IMG/VR virus record: IMGVR_UViG_3300045988_177361
Length of the DNA stretch: 64,000 nucleotides
From: a virus
Strand: one strand, 5' to 3'
Positions 46,694 through 55,850 of this stretch are shown here, one piece after another. The translations under genes and the position numbers were made by a program. The notes under the pieces are model-generated. The model worked only from the letters and a program-made list of their open reading frames with translations. It had not been told where the DNA came from and made no database searches. The first letter of the stretch is position 1. Every line of letters begins with the position of its first letter.

Positions 46694-47518
46694 ATGAGCA
46701 ACATCGACAGCATCATCGAACGCATCAACAACCTCATGGCAATAGCCGAAAACGAAGCATCCAGCGACAATGAGGCGCAAATGGCGTTCGAGCGGGCACA
46801 GAAACTCATTAACGAATATCGTATCGAAGACTGGAAACGCGACCGCACCCGCACGAACAAGCCAATCATCGAACGTGGCGTGAACGTAAGCAAAACCACC
46901 ATCTACCATCAGCAAGGCTACCTTGCGACCATCATCGCCCAAGCTAACGAATGCCGCGCCTACCTTCACGAAAGCCGGTGTAGCGGAAGGATTGAGGAAC
47001 GTGCCGTCATGTTCGTAGGCGAGGAAGATGATGTGAACGCCGCAGTCATTCTCTTCCAAAGCATCGACCTATACTGCTCAGTCCACGCCCGCACTAGCTA
47101 CGCGGACATGATTGACCAGCACGCCAAAGCGTACTATGAGGACAACAAGGAATACGTCGAAACGCATTACGGACGTGAATCCTATCCGACGCTGACGGAA
47201 TGCAAACAGTACATGCGTCGTGATTATCCACGCGCCAAGTTCTACTATGGTTATCGCGGTGGATTCAACGAACGTTTGAGCGAACGTTTCGAGGAGCTTC
47301 GCAAGCAGAGTCTCGCCATTCCTTCCGGTCGTGAGCTGGTGTCATGCAAGAGTCAGCGTCTGAACGAGTATTTTGACAAGCTTGAGCTGGTGTCGGGTCG
47401 TGCGGCCACTGCTCGTGGTAGCAAGGATGGTTTTGCCCGTGGTGTGAGTGACGCGAACAATGTGGGTTTGGGTTTGTCTGAAATGGGTGTTTCGTCCCAC
47501 GCTTTGCTGAATGCCTGA
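46694..47518 (+). CDS. DUF2786-like protein (274 aa), common in conjugative plasmid leading regions
   Basis: The N-terminus IIERINNLMAIAENEASSDNEAQMAFERAQKLINEY matches the DUF2786 helical signature (KLLALAEST..NEAEAA...A..L). Followed by a hairpin terminator at 47524-47566. Confidence 0.5.
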   Translation: MSNIDSIIERINNLMAIAENEASSDNEAQMAFERAQKLINEYRIEDWKRDRTRTNKPIIERGVNVSKTTIYHQQGYLATIIAQANECRAYLHESRCSGRIEERAVMFVGEEDDVNAAVILFQSIDLYCSVHARTSYADMIDQHAKAYYEDNKEYVETHYGRESYPTLTECKQYMRRDYPRAKFYYGYRGGFNERLSERFEELRKQSLAIPSGRELVSCKSQRLNEYFDKLELVSGRAATARGSKDGFARGVSDANNVGLGLSEMGVSSHALLNA

Positions 47519-47523
47519 CTTTT

Positions 47524-47566
47524 CAGCCCGCTTCCTTGTTTTGGGGAGTGGGCTGTTTTTGTTTTT
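47524..47566 (+). terminator. Intrinsic terminator
   Basis: cagcccgcttcc...ggagtgggctg followed by tttttgttttt. Confidence 0.55.
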
Positions 47567-47574
47567 CCACCAGA

Positions 47575-47605
47575 TATAGTATACTGGGATTGTTCACACA
47601 AAAAC
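47575..47605 (+). promoter_or_regulatory. Conserved promoter/leader motif, copy 3
   Basis: tatagtatactgggattgttcacacaaaaac. Confidence 0.65.
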
Positions 47606-47628
47606 TTGGTCTACAAAAGGAGCAACCC

Positions 47629-48006
47629 ATGAACACCTACTACGCCGCCATAGTCAACCACCCCAACCAGAAGCTCGACCCCGACAACAACATTCCACTA
47701 ATCCAGATTTTCCACAGCGCCACCGAACGCAATAACTGGGTGAAAGCTTACGCCGATAATCCCCACGTGAAGACCATCGACTCGAAACAGGCGATTCGTT
47801 GGCTCCGCTTCACCTACCGCCAGTATCGAAACCAGAAGATTCCCTCCCGCATGAGCAGAGACGGCGTGGTCACGAAGTTCCTCCGCATCTGCTCGTTCCA
47901 ACCCCTACTCCACACGAAGAGAATCAGCCTTACGCCGGAAGAGGTCATCAAGCATCTCTCCGACCCCGAAGACCATGTGCTGAGGAAAATCGGATACACT
48001 CGCTGA
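47629..48006 (+). CDS. Hypothetical protein (125 aa)
   Basis: ATG after an aaaggagcaaccc RBS. Confidence 0.5.
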   Translation: MNTYYAAIVNHPNQKLDPDNNIPLIQIFHSATERNNWVKAYADNPHVKTIDSKQAIRWLRFTYRQYRNQKIPSRMSRDGVVTKFLRICSFQPLLHTKRISLTPEEVIKHLSDPEDHVLRKIGYTR

Positions 48007-48017
48007 AAGGACAAAAA

Positions 48018-48431
48018 ATGAGTGAAACTATCGAAGACGCCAAGACCGAACCCCGTCCGACTTGGACGAAGCTAAAGGACGGTTGGAAAGTCCGAATCCC
48101 GAAAGAGTGGTGGGACAATTGGAGCGAGGCTGGTGAAACCGACGAGTTCCCGGTATTCAAAGCCAACGGCGAGGTGTCTCACGTGAACATCGTCAAGGTC
48201 AGCAAGCCGTTCGTGTTGGACGGTGTGGAATACGTCATAGGCACGCCAAGGAAGGAAACCTACCGTCGTGGGTCTGCCCTCTCCCGCACTTCCAATACCG
48301 CTCGTAAGCGCAGTGGCATTCGTTGTGAGGAGTGCGGCTCCACCAAGGGCGTGCATCTGACAAGGGACATTAACGGCATCGGTTGCCTGTTATGCTCTCT
48401 TTGCGATGATGGTTCCGCGAGCGTCTGCTGA
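48018..48431 (+). CDS. Hypothetical protein with a C-terminal Cys4 zinc ribbon (137 aa)
   Basis: CEECGSTKGV...CLLCSLCDDG. It has no promoter motif of its own and appears co-transcribed with the previous gene. A hairpin terminator follows at 48439-48480. Confidence 0.5.
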   Translation: MSETIEDAKTEPRPTWTKLKDGWKVRIPKEWWDNWSEAGETDEFPVFKANGEVSHVNIVKVSKPFVLDGVEYVIGTPRKETYRRGSALSRTSNTARKRSGIRCEECGSTKGVHLTRDINGIGCLLCSLCDDGSASVC

Positions 48432-48515
48432 TTGGGTTTGCGGGGATATGGTCTTGTTGCTGTAGTTCCCGCTTTTTGTTTTGTAGCGTGTTTTGTCCAA
48501 GCAAATTGTATACTG

Positions 48516-48544
48516 GAATTGTTCACACAAACAGGAAACCAAAA
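48516..48544 (+). promoter_or_regulatory. Conserved promoter/leader motif, copy 4
   Basis: ttgtatactggaattgttcacacaaacag. Confidence 0.65.
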
Positions 48545-48554
48545 GGAGAAAAAA

Positions 48555-48755
48555 ATGCATATCAAGGATGTTCTGCTCATGACGCTTGCCACCATCGCTT
48601 TCGGTGGGATGGCAACCGCAATCGTGTTCGGCATCTACTCGTTCGGCACTTGGCTGTTCACGTTTGGCCGCACGTTCGGCGTCGTGTCGGTCTGCGCCCT
48701 CATAGTCGCGTTGCTGGTCGTCGCGGTCAAGATTCGATTGAGCATGAATCGATAG
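48555..48755 (+). CDS. Small two-TM membrane protein (66 aa)
   Basis: MHIKDVLLMTLATIAFGGMATAIVFGIY...VCALIVALLVVAV. A terminator follows at 48767-48795. Confidence 0.5.
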   Translation: MHIKDVLLMTLATIAFGGMATAIVFGIYSFGTWLFTFGRTFGVVSVCALIVALLVVAVKIRLSMNR

Positions 48756-48766
48756 TTTTGGTTTGT

Positions 48767-48795
48767 GGCCCCGTCGTTTTGGCGGGGCTTTTTGT
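48767..48795 (+). terminator. Intrinsic terminator
   Basis: ggccccgtcgttttggcggggc followed by ttttt. Confidence 0.6.
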
Positions 48796-48830
48796 GTGGA
48801 CGTGTCTTGTTTTGTATATTTATCCAAACG

Positions 48831-48860
48831 TGCTATACTGGAAATGTCCACATAAAACAG
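48831..48860 (+). promoter_or_regulatory. Conserved promoter/leader motif, copy 5
   Basis: tgctatactggaaatgtccacataaaacag. Confidence 0.65.
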
Positions 48861-48883
48861 GCGGAGCCAACCAAGGAGAACAA

Positions 48884-49192
48884 ATGAACGACACCAAAAC
48901 CTACTACCAGCCAATCGCATTCGACAACGGCACCATCAGCATCGTCGCAAGCGACAACACCTACGACCACGCCTACGCAGACAGGCCCATGAACGAAGCC
49001 ATCGTGGAAACCTCCCACCACAAGCCCAATCCAATCAACTGGAAGCACGTCGTATCCAACTGCGACGAACGTTGGAACCTCATCAAAGGCAACGTGTGCT
49101 TGGCTGTCCTGAGCGGCAATTGGGACGTTTTCGAGAACCGTCACGAAAACAGAATCATGCTCGTCACCCGCAAGGGAACCCGAATCCTCTGA
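48884..49192 (+). CDS. Hypothetical protein (102 aa)
   Basis: aaggag RBS then the ATG at 48884. A hairpin follows at 49210-49241 (ggggagaagcg...cgcttctcccc). Confidence 0.5.
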   Translation: MNDTKTYYQPIAFDNGTISIVASDNTYDHAYADRPMNEAIVETSHHKPNPINWKHVVSNCDERWNLIKGNVCLAVLSGNWDVFENRHENRIMLVTRKGTRIL

Positions 49193-49278
49193 CCCACGCT
49201 AAAAGCCTCGGGGAGAAGCGTCATCCAGACCGCTTCTCCCCTCTCTCATATCCGACAAAAAAAGAAAGGAAGCCTTGC

Positions 49279-50010
49279 ATGAAAGAACGGAACATCTCAC
49301 TGGAAAACGACCTCATGATGTTAGGTCAGAAACCAATGGATGAACCCGACTCGTCCACCACCATCGAACTGCAAGAAATCGTGAAGAAGACGGAACGAAA
49401 ATTGCTGAACCCACCGACACCACCATTGAAATTCGAACCGAAAACAGCGGACGAGTCCACCGAAAACACCGACGAAACCGTCAGTAAGACGAGCGAGAAA
49501 CCCGCTCCGACGGAAAACAAGACCACTCCGAAACCCATTCCGAAAGCCTATAAGCCCGCCACGCGAAAAACCAACAAAACCGTACCTCCGACACCAGTCC
49601 CCGCCAATCCGTATGCGCCCGTCGAATACGACTGTAACGGCAAATGGCGTCAACTGTTGGCGGGAATCGCCGTCGTCGGAATTCTCGTGGCGGCAATCGC
49701 ATTGCTGGTGGGGGCTAAAACATGTTGGCGGTTCATTGCCGTAGGCGCATTGTCCGCATTCGCCATGCTTCCGCTCTACGGTTGGTTCGACGAACTCGAA
49801 CGGGACATGGCGGTCAAAGCAGTCGAAAAGGATTACAGGATTCGTATTCTGCAAACAAACGGAGGCAATGGACTCGCGGAAGTGCATTACATGTTCCAAC
49901 AGAATCCAACCGTCGAAGCCGGTATGGTCTCCTATGGTCATGGCTTGGCATGGTTGCGGAGCGCGGGCGGCAAGAAGATTGTCGGACGAAGGCAGCAGGT
50001 GGAAAAATGA
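49279..50010 (+). CDS. Hypothetical membrane-anchored protein (243 aa) with a disordered T/P/K-rich N-terminal half and C-terminal TM helices
   Basis: RBS aaaggaagcc. C-terminal helices LLAGIAVVGILVAAIALLVGA and FIAVGALSAFAMLPLYGWF. Confidence 0.5.
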   Translation: MKERNISLENDLMMLGQKPMDEPDSSTTIELQEIVKKTERKLLNPPTPPLKFEPKTADESTENTDETVSKTSEKPAPTENKTTPKPIPKAYKPATRKTNKTVPPTPVPANPYAPVEYDCNGKWRQLLAGIAVVGILVAAIALLVGAKTCWRFIAVGALSAFAMLPLYGWFDELERDMAVKAVEKDYRIRILQTNGGNGLAEVHYMFQQNPTVEAGMVSYGHGLAWLRSAGGKKIVGRRQQVEK

Positions 50011-50384
50011 TACCCAGCACGGTGAAGGCCGCACGTTTTCCCGCGTTCTTTTTCAACGGCGTTTGGCAAGGGCTTAAAGCCGCCCTCATGCCGCACGCTT
50101 GCATATCCGACCCGTTGCCTCCCATGCCGACCGTACGCGATTGGCTTCAAGCCCATGGAGGCACCGGCATGGATGCTGACGCATTCGACCGGTGCGAAAG
50201 CGAATGGTATGAGCTGCTGGAGCAACGCAAACGGCAGATGAACGTGTTTTTGGCTGGCTTGTTCGTGGGTACGCTGGTGTATGCGATTGCGGCGCTTGCA
50301 TTGCTGGCGCTTGTTGGCTGGCTGGTGTATTCGCTGGTTCCGTTTGACGGTTTCGGACGTTTTGTCGATTGGGTTCGCGGTTGA
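50007..50384 (+). CDS. Hypothetical membrane protein (125 aa)
   Basis: Start overlaps the preceding stop. C-terminal TM NVFLAGLFVGTLVYAIAALALLALVGWLVYSLV. Confidence 0.45.
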   Translation: MIPSTVKAARFPAFFFNGVWQGLKAALMPHACISDPLPPMPTVRDWLQAHGGTGMDADAFDRCESEWYELLEQRKRQMNVFLAGLFVGTLVYAIAALALLALVGWLVYSLVPFDGFGRFVDWVRG

Positions 50385-50400
50385 GCGTTTCTCTATCCTG

Positions 50401-50429
50401 TGCTATGCTGGAATTGTTCACACAAACAG
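50401..50429 (+). promoter_or_regulatory. Conserved promoter/leader motif, copy 6
   Basis: tgctatgctggaattgttcacacaaacag. Confidence 0.65.
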
Positions 50430-50448
50430 GGAATCAAAAGGAGCAGAA

Positions 50449-51372
50449 ATGAGCGACAACATCAACTGGAACGAAACCGCAATCTACGAATTCATGCGAT
50501 TCGAGCGCGAACCCGAACGCCGAGTATTCCCCGACCGCGACATCACCAAACTCGCCAAAGCCGGACTCATTCAGGAAAACGAGACGGGCGACTGGACTCT
50601 CACCCAAACAGGCGAAGACGAACTCGCCAACATTAGACAGCATTTCAACTCCGGCAAACTCTCCGAACTACCCCTGAAAGTCCGTAACTACTACTTCGAC
50701 TGGCGCGTATACGACGAAAAGAAACTACCCGTCAAGGAACTATCCAAAGTTGCCCTACATGACAGGAGCGCCGAGATTCGCAAAAAAGCGACCACAATGC
50801 TCAACAAGTTCAGCAAGCTCGACAAGGAAACGTCGAACAGTTTGGCCCACGACGAGGATTATCAGATTCGACTCATGGCGGCAAAGAACGCAAACCCTCA
50901 CCTCTTCTTCGAGGAGTCGGACGAGCGCGTGGTCAAGACTCTTATCTATAACCATAATTTCGATGAGGAATGTGTCGAACATTGGCTGGACAATCCCAAC
51001 AGTCAGATTCGCGTTCAGGCGGCTCTTCTGACCGAAGACGGCAAGGTGGATGAAGTGTTGGCCCGCCTCGACTCACAGGATGTGGCGCATGTACTGGCCT
51101 GCAAGCCGCAGTGGGCCACGCGTGAACGAGTCATGAACGCTTGGGAGAACGCGGACGAGGTAGGACGTTACAGGCTGGTCAAGGTCATGCGCGACATGCC
51201 GGACTCGTTCATCAATCAGGCGTTCAAAAGCGACGCGTACATGGCCTTGCATGACCGTTTGGAGGAATACCGAGAAGCTGTCCGTCAAGTGTTGGAGTTG
51301 GGTACGATGTTCTCCGAGGACAGTGAGATTCGCCGGAAGATTTGGGAGCGTGCCGAGCACGAGATTGGCTGA
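50449..51372 (+). CDS. HEAT/LRV-type alpha-helical repeat protein (307 aa); paralog of 52319-53284
   Basis: Repeated ~30-aa helical units (LAHDEDYQIRLMAAKNANPHL; ...DNPNSQIRVQAALLTEDG). Similar in length and repeat pattern to the protein at 52319-53284. Confidence 0.5.
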   Translation: MSDNINWNETAIYEFMRFEREPERRVFPDRDITKLAKAGLIQENETGDWTLTQTGEDELANIRQHFNSGKLSELPLKVRNYYFDWRVYDEKKLPVKELSKVALHDRSAEIRKKATTMLNKFSKLDKETSNSLAHDEDYQIRLMAAKNANPHLFFEESDERVVKTLIYNHNFDEECVEHWLDNPNSQIRVQAALLTEDGKVDEVLARLDSQDVAHVLACKPQWATRERVMNAWENADEVGRYRLVKVMRDMPDSFINQAFKSDAYMALHDRLEEYREAVRQVLELGTMFSEDSEIRRKIWERAEHEIG

Positions 51373-51382
51373 AAGGACAGCA

Positions 51383-51679
51383 ATGAGAAAAGCGACATTC
51401 ATCAGAAAATACTACGGGCACGGATACGACGCACATATGGTCTATCTTGTCTACAGCTATCGCGGGCACGAATACACGGTGTACGAAAACCTAGCCCAAG
51501 GCAACGAGCCTCTCGCGTGGCAACACCGCAATGAACAAAGCCAAATAGACCAGTTGATAGAGCAGGAAGAGAAAGAAAAGAACGCGAAGCTGAAGCCAAG
51601 CCGTTATGAGGACACCGCGCAATATGCCTTCGACCAGTTTTATGACTTTCTCGATGGCAAACCGTCGGACTACGACTAA
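51383..51679 (+). CDS. Hypothetical protein (98 aa)
   Basis: The ATG at 51383 has an aaaggacagc RBS and looks co-transcribed with the previous gene. Confidence 0.45.
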   Translation: MRKATFIRKYYGHGYDAHMVYLVYSYRGHEYTVYENLAQGNEPLAWQHRNEQSQIDQLIEQEEKEKNAKLKPSRYEDTAQYAFDQFYDFLDGKPSDYD

Positions 51680-51803
51680 CCGGTAACACCCACTGCGGCG
51701 GAGGGGACCGCACCTCCCTCCGTATAGTGGTGAAAAATATTGAGTCGTGTGGATGCTTTTTGTGTTCGCGCGGATTTTTGTGTTTTTGCGCTTTCTCTTA
51801 AAT

Positions 51804-51830
51804 ATGCTATACTGGAATTGTTCACACAAA
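51804..51830 (+). promoter_or_regulatory. Conserved promoter/leader motif, copy 7
   Basis: atgctatactggaattgttcacacaaa. Confidence 0.65.
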
Positions 51831-51849
51831 TATGAGAGAAAGAGCCAAA

Positions 51850-52158
51850 ATGAACGAGTATTTCGCACGATTCGGAGCAGAGGACTACAACATCTTCCAC
51901 AACGGCAATGCCTCCTATGTCATGTTGCGAGTTGCGGACGAGAACATGACCTACTTCGCCTTGTTCGAGCACATCGAGGGTCATGCTGGCGTCGGCTGTA
52001 GGATGTTTGACTCTCCGACCGAGGTGGTTTTGGACGACGCCGTTGACGAGACGTGCTCCGACGAGCAGCTTGCCGACTTCGTTGGACAGCCTGACACCGC
52101 TTTCGTCCACAACATCAATATCCGCAGGATTCTGTATCGCTCCGGACTTCTGAACTAA
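51850..52158 (+). CDS. Hypothetical small protein (102 aa); paralog of 46226-46540
   Basis: See 46226. A strong terminator follows at 52165-52209. Confidence 0.55.
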   Translation: MNEYFARFGAEDYNIFHNGNASYVMLRVADENMTYFALFEHIEGHAGVGCRMFDSPTEVVLDDAVDETCSDEQLADFVGQPDTAFVHNINIRRILYRSGLLN

Positions 52159-52164
52159 AACATG

Positions 52165-52209
52165 GGAATACGCCCGCAGGAAAATCATGTGGGCGTATTC
52201 CTTTTTTTC
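52165..52209 (+). terminator. Intrinsic terminator
   Basis: ggaatacgcccgc-aggaaaatcatgt-gggcgtattcc followed by ttttttt. Confidence 0.75.
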
Positions 52210-52271
52210 GTATGGGCGGGGATTGCGTCTTCGTTTTGGCTTGGTTGCGTGTTGTGTTTTATTTCAACTTA

Positions 52272-52297
52272 GGCTATACTGGAATTGTTCACACAAG
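52272..52297 (+). promoter_or_regulatory. Conserved promoter/leader motif, copy 8
   Basis: ggctatactggaattgttcacacaag. Confidence 0.65.
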
Positions 52298-52318
52298 ATA
52301 TGCCGAGAAGGAGAAACC

Positions 52319-53284
52319 ATGGACAACGACGCAATCAACAGTCTTACCAAAAAGTGGACTGCCAACCTCGTTTACTGCTTCGAAGACTTCGACAACGAAA
52401 CCCATTCACAACGACTGAGCGCATACATCGACCAGAAGCCCTTAGATAAATTCAAGGAAGCCAACCTAATCGAACTAAACAAGGAACGCGACCGCTGGAA
52501 GCTCACCAACAAGGGAATCGACCTGCTGGAAAGCATTAAGAACATCTACCAGAGTGGAAGAATATTCCTACTCCCCCTACCATTCCGTCACTACTACGTC
52601 AACTGCAAGTTGAAGTACAACATGAAAATCGAGGACGGAAAGATATACGACGGACTGCGTGAAACTGTGTTGAAAGACCGGAGTCGTGACGTTCGCCGCA
52701 AGGTGACCGAATATTTGGAATACAAGGGAAAACTCAACTACAAGACCGCGACCAGCCTCGCCAAGGACAAAGACCCCGAACTACGCAAGCTCGCCGCAAA
52801 GCATACCGTTGCAAGCCTGTACTGGGAGGAAACGGATTACGACGTTATCCGCTACATGGTGGAAAACAAGCTGGCCGATAGGCTCTGCTTCGAGCATTGG
52901 GTGAAAAGCGATGATGAAACCATTCGCGTCCTATCGGCACCGTTGGCGGAGGAAACGGACATAGACCCGTTGTTGGACTCCCTCTCCGACGAATCCGCCA
53001 CCCAAGTCTTGTTTAATAATCCGGAATGGGTCAAAGGTAAGCGTGCCGTGCGCTTGTGGCGTCGCATGGGCGGGGAAAACCGCCGTTGGATTATGTCCTT
53101 TATGTGGGATGTTCCCGATTCTCTGATTGAGGAGTCGTTGGCGGAACCTCGTAATTGGCAAATCTCCTCCCGACTGGAGGAATACAAGAAAGCGTTGCAG
53201 ACCGTGGCCCGTATGGAGCGCCTGTTCGCCAAGGGCAGCGAGATTAAACGCAAGATGCGCGCTCGTGCCGGTTTGTCCGATTGA
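52319..53284 (+). CDS. HEAT/LRV-type helical repeat protein (321 aa); paralog of 50449-51372
   Basis: LAKDKDPELRKLAAKHTVASL... repeats. A terminator follows at 53301-53337. Confidence 0.5.
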   Translation: MDNDAINSLTKKWTANLVYCFEDFDNETHSQRLSAYIDQKPLDKFKEANLIELNKERDRWKLTNKGIDLLESIKNIYQSGRIFLLPLPFRHYYVNCKLKYNMKIEDGKIYDGLRETVLKDRSRDVRRKVTEYLEYKGKLNYKTATSLAKDKDPELRKLAAKHTVASLYWEETDYDVIRYMVENKLADRLCFEHWVKSDDETIRVLSAPLAEETDIDPLLDSLSDESATQVLFNNPEWVKGKRAVRLWRRMGGENRRWIMSFMWDVPDSLIEESLAEPRNWQISSRLEEYKKALQTVARMERLFAKGSEIKRKMRARAGLSD

Positions 53285-53300
53285 GGTTTGACGGAGGGAA

Positions 53301-53337
53301 GGCGGGATGCTGTTTTGGTGTCCCGCTTTTGTTTTTT
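53301..53337 (+). terminator. Intrinsic terminator
   Basis: ggcggga-tgctgttttggtg-tcccgc followed by ttttgtttttt. Confidence 0.65.
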
Positions 53338-53362
53338 CGGGTTTTGAAGTTTCACTCAAGTG

Positions 53363-53390
53363 TGCTATAGTGGAATTGTTCACACAAAGA
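53363..53390 (+). promoter_or_regulatory. Conserved promoter/leader motif, copy 9
   Basis: tgctatagtggaattgttcacacaaaga. Confidence 0.65.
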
Positions 53391-53415
53391 GCGATAGGCA
53401 AAAGGAGCACACAAC

Positions 53416-53673
53416 ATGTACGCAATCCACTACATCGGCGGCGCAATCAACGTCAAAAAAATGCCCAAAGCCCAAGCCATCGAATACGCCAAACAAATCA
53501 ACGACAACCCCACAGGCACATTCCCCGAAAGCGTGAAACTCGCACAAAGCGCCGAAGCCCGCGACATCATGCAAAAAAGGCTCTTCACCAAAAGCATCTT
53601 CCACCACCACAGCGACGTGTACGGCATGAGCATGGCTGAACTCGTCAACGCAGTCAACGAATACTGTTGCTGA
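53416..53673 (+). CDS. Hypothetical small protein (85 aa)
   Basis: RBS aaaaggagcacacaac then the ATG. Confidence 0.5.
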   Translation: MYAIHYIGGAINVKKMPKAQAIEYAKQINDNPTGTFPESVKLAQSAEARDIMQKRLFTKSIFHHHSDVYGMSMAELVNAVNEYCC

Positions 53674-53720
53674 AAAAACAATCACCACAAACCCCAATTA
53701 CACGAAAAAGGACAATCAGA

Positions 53721-54083
53721 ATGTACTCGAAAATCAGCGAAGACACCTATCGGAAACTCATCGACAAACTCGTCAGAATCCCCTACGTGACCGGCGCACA
53801 CGCAACCCGAGCCATCTTCGGAGATGGAATCGAAGTCGCATTCCAACACCGTTACATGGGCAAGCAGGTCGAATACTATCTGGTGGCCGACTCGCAACGA
53901 GACGGCAGACGCTCCTACCGTTGGCGTGGCGGAGTATACACGGTTCCGTCCGCGCATTGGGTTTTCGATGACGGGGAATACACGCCCGTCGAACTGGAAG
54001 AACATAAGCTGGAATCGTTGGATGTTGACGGACTGTATGACGCGATTGTGGCCGATTTAGACAAGGCCATGAGAGAATTGTAG
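53721..54083 (+). CDS. Hypothetical protein (120 aa)
   Basis: RBS aaaaaggacaatcaga then the ATG at 53721. Confidence 0.45.
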   Translation: MYSKISEDTYRKLIDKLVRIPYVTGAHATRAIFGDGIEVAFQHRYMGKQVEYYLVADSQRDGRRSYRWRGGVYTVPSAHWVFDDGEYTPVELEEHKLESLDVDGLYDAIVADLDKAMREL

Positions 54084-54093
54084 GAAAACGAAA

Positions 54094-54468
54094 ATGCGAT
54101 TCACCGACGGTAGGGAAAAGCTGGAAATTGAAATCCACGAAGGTCAGCATTCTTGGGATACGACGGTAGAATTCTTCGACCATTTGACGGCTCCCATTGT
54201 GAATGGGACTCGTCAGGCGGGAAACGTTCGCACTCTACTGACGAACGTGCACAACAGGATTCTAGGCATGTCCGGCTATCTCGCACCGGAAGCCGACACT
54301 CGGGCAATCTACACCATCACCGACTTGGCTGGTAACATTGTCAGGGAAGGTTCTTTCACTTCGTCCGACAATCCGGACAACATGTATTGCATCGGTTGCG
54401 GTTGTCTGCTAACCGACGAAAACGAGAATCCGTGCGGGGACACCGGTTGGTGCGATGACTGCTACTGA
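54094..54468 (+). CDS. Hypothetical protein with a C-terminal Cys-rich zinc-binding motif (124 aa)
   Basis: CIGCGCLLTDENENPCGDTGWCDDCY at the C-terminus. Confidence 0.45.
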   Translation: MRFTDGREKLEIEIHEGQHSWDTTVEFFDHLTAPIVNGTRQAGNVRTLLTNVHNRILGMSGYLAPEADTRAIYTITDLAGNIVREGSFTSSDNPDNMYCIGCGCLLTDENENPCGDTGWCDDCY

Positions 54469-54795
54469 AAGTAGAAAAAATGAGCAACCACGACTGGATT
54501 AACACCGGCAATGCCAACAAGAACAACACTCACAGGGAAAACCGTTCCACTCACATCGAATGGGATGCAGGTAGCGCTTGGAATCCGCAAGCCAAGAAAC
54601 GAAACGAATATGGCAGACGCAACACCGACTTGTGCGACGAATAAAAGTCGGTAAAAAAGTCTATTATTGAGCGCGATTGCGCTGGTGTTTCAGACAAAGT
54701 TCTGAAGCCTCGCGAAATCGAATAATAAGCCAAGAATGCCTGTGGAAAATCGTTACCCACAGGCTTTTTCTTTTCAATTTTTGGAAGGAGCACGA

Positions 54796-55011
54796 ATGCC
54801 CCACTATCTTTTGGATGCAGCCAATAATGCGACAGAACTTCCCTTCACAGACTTAGACTCCGTCCAGTCGATTCTGAACACCATGCCTACTCTGGCTCCG
54901 GAAGCACCCGTATTGGCTTGCGAAATTTTGGACGCGTGGGCAGAGGATTGCAGGATTCTGCGCCGCCGTCCGAAACTGGTGTTGCTGAATGTCGAGGAGC
55001 CGGAATTCTGA
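54796..55011 (+). CDS. Hypothetical small protein (71 aa)
   Basis: RBS ggaaggagcacga then the ATG at 54796. Confidence 0.4.
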   Translation: MPHYLLDAANNATELPFTDLDSVQSILNTMPTLAPEAPVLACEILDAWAEDCRILRRRPKLVLLNVEEPEF

Positions 55012-55062
55012 ATGTGGGGAGGGGGATTTTTCTTCTTCACGCCACTCCGGTTGTGTTAGAGT

Positions 55063-55092
55063 GAGATAGTCCACACCAAAGAAGGAAAACCA
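55063..55092 (+). promoter_or_regulatory. Degenerate copy of the promoter/leader motif (copy 10)
   Basis: gtgttagagtgagatagtccacaccaaaga retains TAGAGT...GTCCACAC.AAA. The ATG of the next gene is at 55093. Confidence 0.4.
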
Positions 55093-55338
55093 ATGACCTT
55101 AAAAGAACTCCCCTACCAAGACGGAATCAACTGGACGGAACTCGAAGGCAAGCCCGCAATTTTCAACTGGAACGGCAAACCCATGGCCGGAACCCTCTAC
55201 TTGGACGGTTTTAGCAATCTCGCCGTTCGAGAACTGTCCGGCTATATGCCGGTTTTATATGTTTGGCCGGATGATACGACTCATGTCAATGTCGAGTGTG
55301 TGACGGATTTTCATGTGTTCAGTTTCGTTGAGGATTGA
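55093..55338 (+). CDS. Hypothetical small protein (81 aa)
   Basis: RBS aaggaaaacca then the ATG. Confidence 0.45.
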   Translation: MTLKELPYQDGINWTELEGKPAIFNWNGKPMAGTLYLDGFSNLAVRELSGYMPVLYVWPDDTTHVNVECVTDFHVFSFVED

Positions 55339-55768
55339 CGTAGTTCGGGATGCTGAAACTGCGGCTTCTATTCCTATTCCGGAGATAATCCGAACGTATT
55401 ATCCCGGCTTTGATACGTGGTTCGACCGCACGGTTCTCCCCTCCTTGGGGAAAGACCGTGCGATTCTTTTAGCCCGCACGGATGATGGGTTGGCGGGGTT
55501 TTGCGTTCTCAAGAGAACTTCATCGGAACGGAAGATTTGCACTTTATGCGTTTACGAGGGCTTTCGGAATCGAGGAGTCGGTTCCGCTCTGGTCGAATAT
55601 GCGTTGGGTTTGCTGTGCGAGCAGTTTCCTCTGGTGACGGTGCCGGAGGAACTGTTGCCGGTGTATGAGGGTTTCTTCCGTCGTTTTGGTTTTCGTTTGT
55701 CTGGCTCGCGTGTGGGTTTGTATCGGGGTGGGAAGAGGGAGTTCTTTTTTAATCGAACGCTGGCTTAG
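55313..55768 (+). CDS. GNAT-family N-acetyltransferase (about 150 aa; start uncertain)
   Basis: GNAT motif A: ICTLCVYEGFRNRGVGSALVEYAL (R/Q-x-x-G-x-G/A). Preceded by the beta-strand-rich region ILLARTDDGLAGFCVLK. Confidence 0.55.
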   Translation: MCSVSLRIDVVRDAETAASIPIPEIIRTYYPGFDTWFDRTVLPSLGKDRAILLARTDDGLAGFCVLKRTSSERKICTLCVYEGFRNRGVGSALVEYALGLLCEQFPLVTVPEELLPVYEGFFRRFGFRLSGSRVGLYRGGKREFFFNRTLA

Positions 55769-55796
55769 GTTTTCGTGTTGCGTTTTTCCACCCCCT

Positions 55797-55827
55797 TGTG
55801 TTATAGTGGGATTGTTCACAAAAACAA
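55797..55827 (+). promoter_or_regulatory. Conserved promoter/leader motif, copy 11
   Basis: tgtgttatagtgggattgttcacaaaaacaa. Confidence 0.6.
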
Positions 55828-55850
55828 AGACAACCAAAAAGGAGAACGCA

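Noticed and set aside
46190-47059. 289-aa minus-strand ORF overlapping the first two cassette genes
   Set aside because: It runs antisense across a promoter motif, a terminator and two RBS-supported plus-strand genes. Its composition is that of a non-coding frame.
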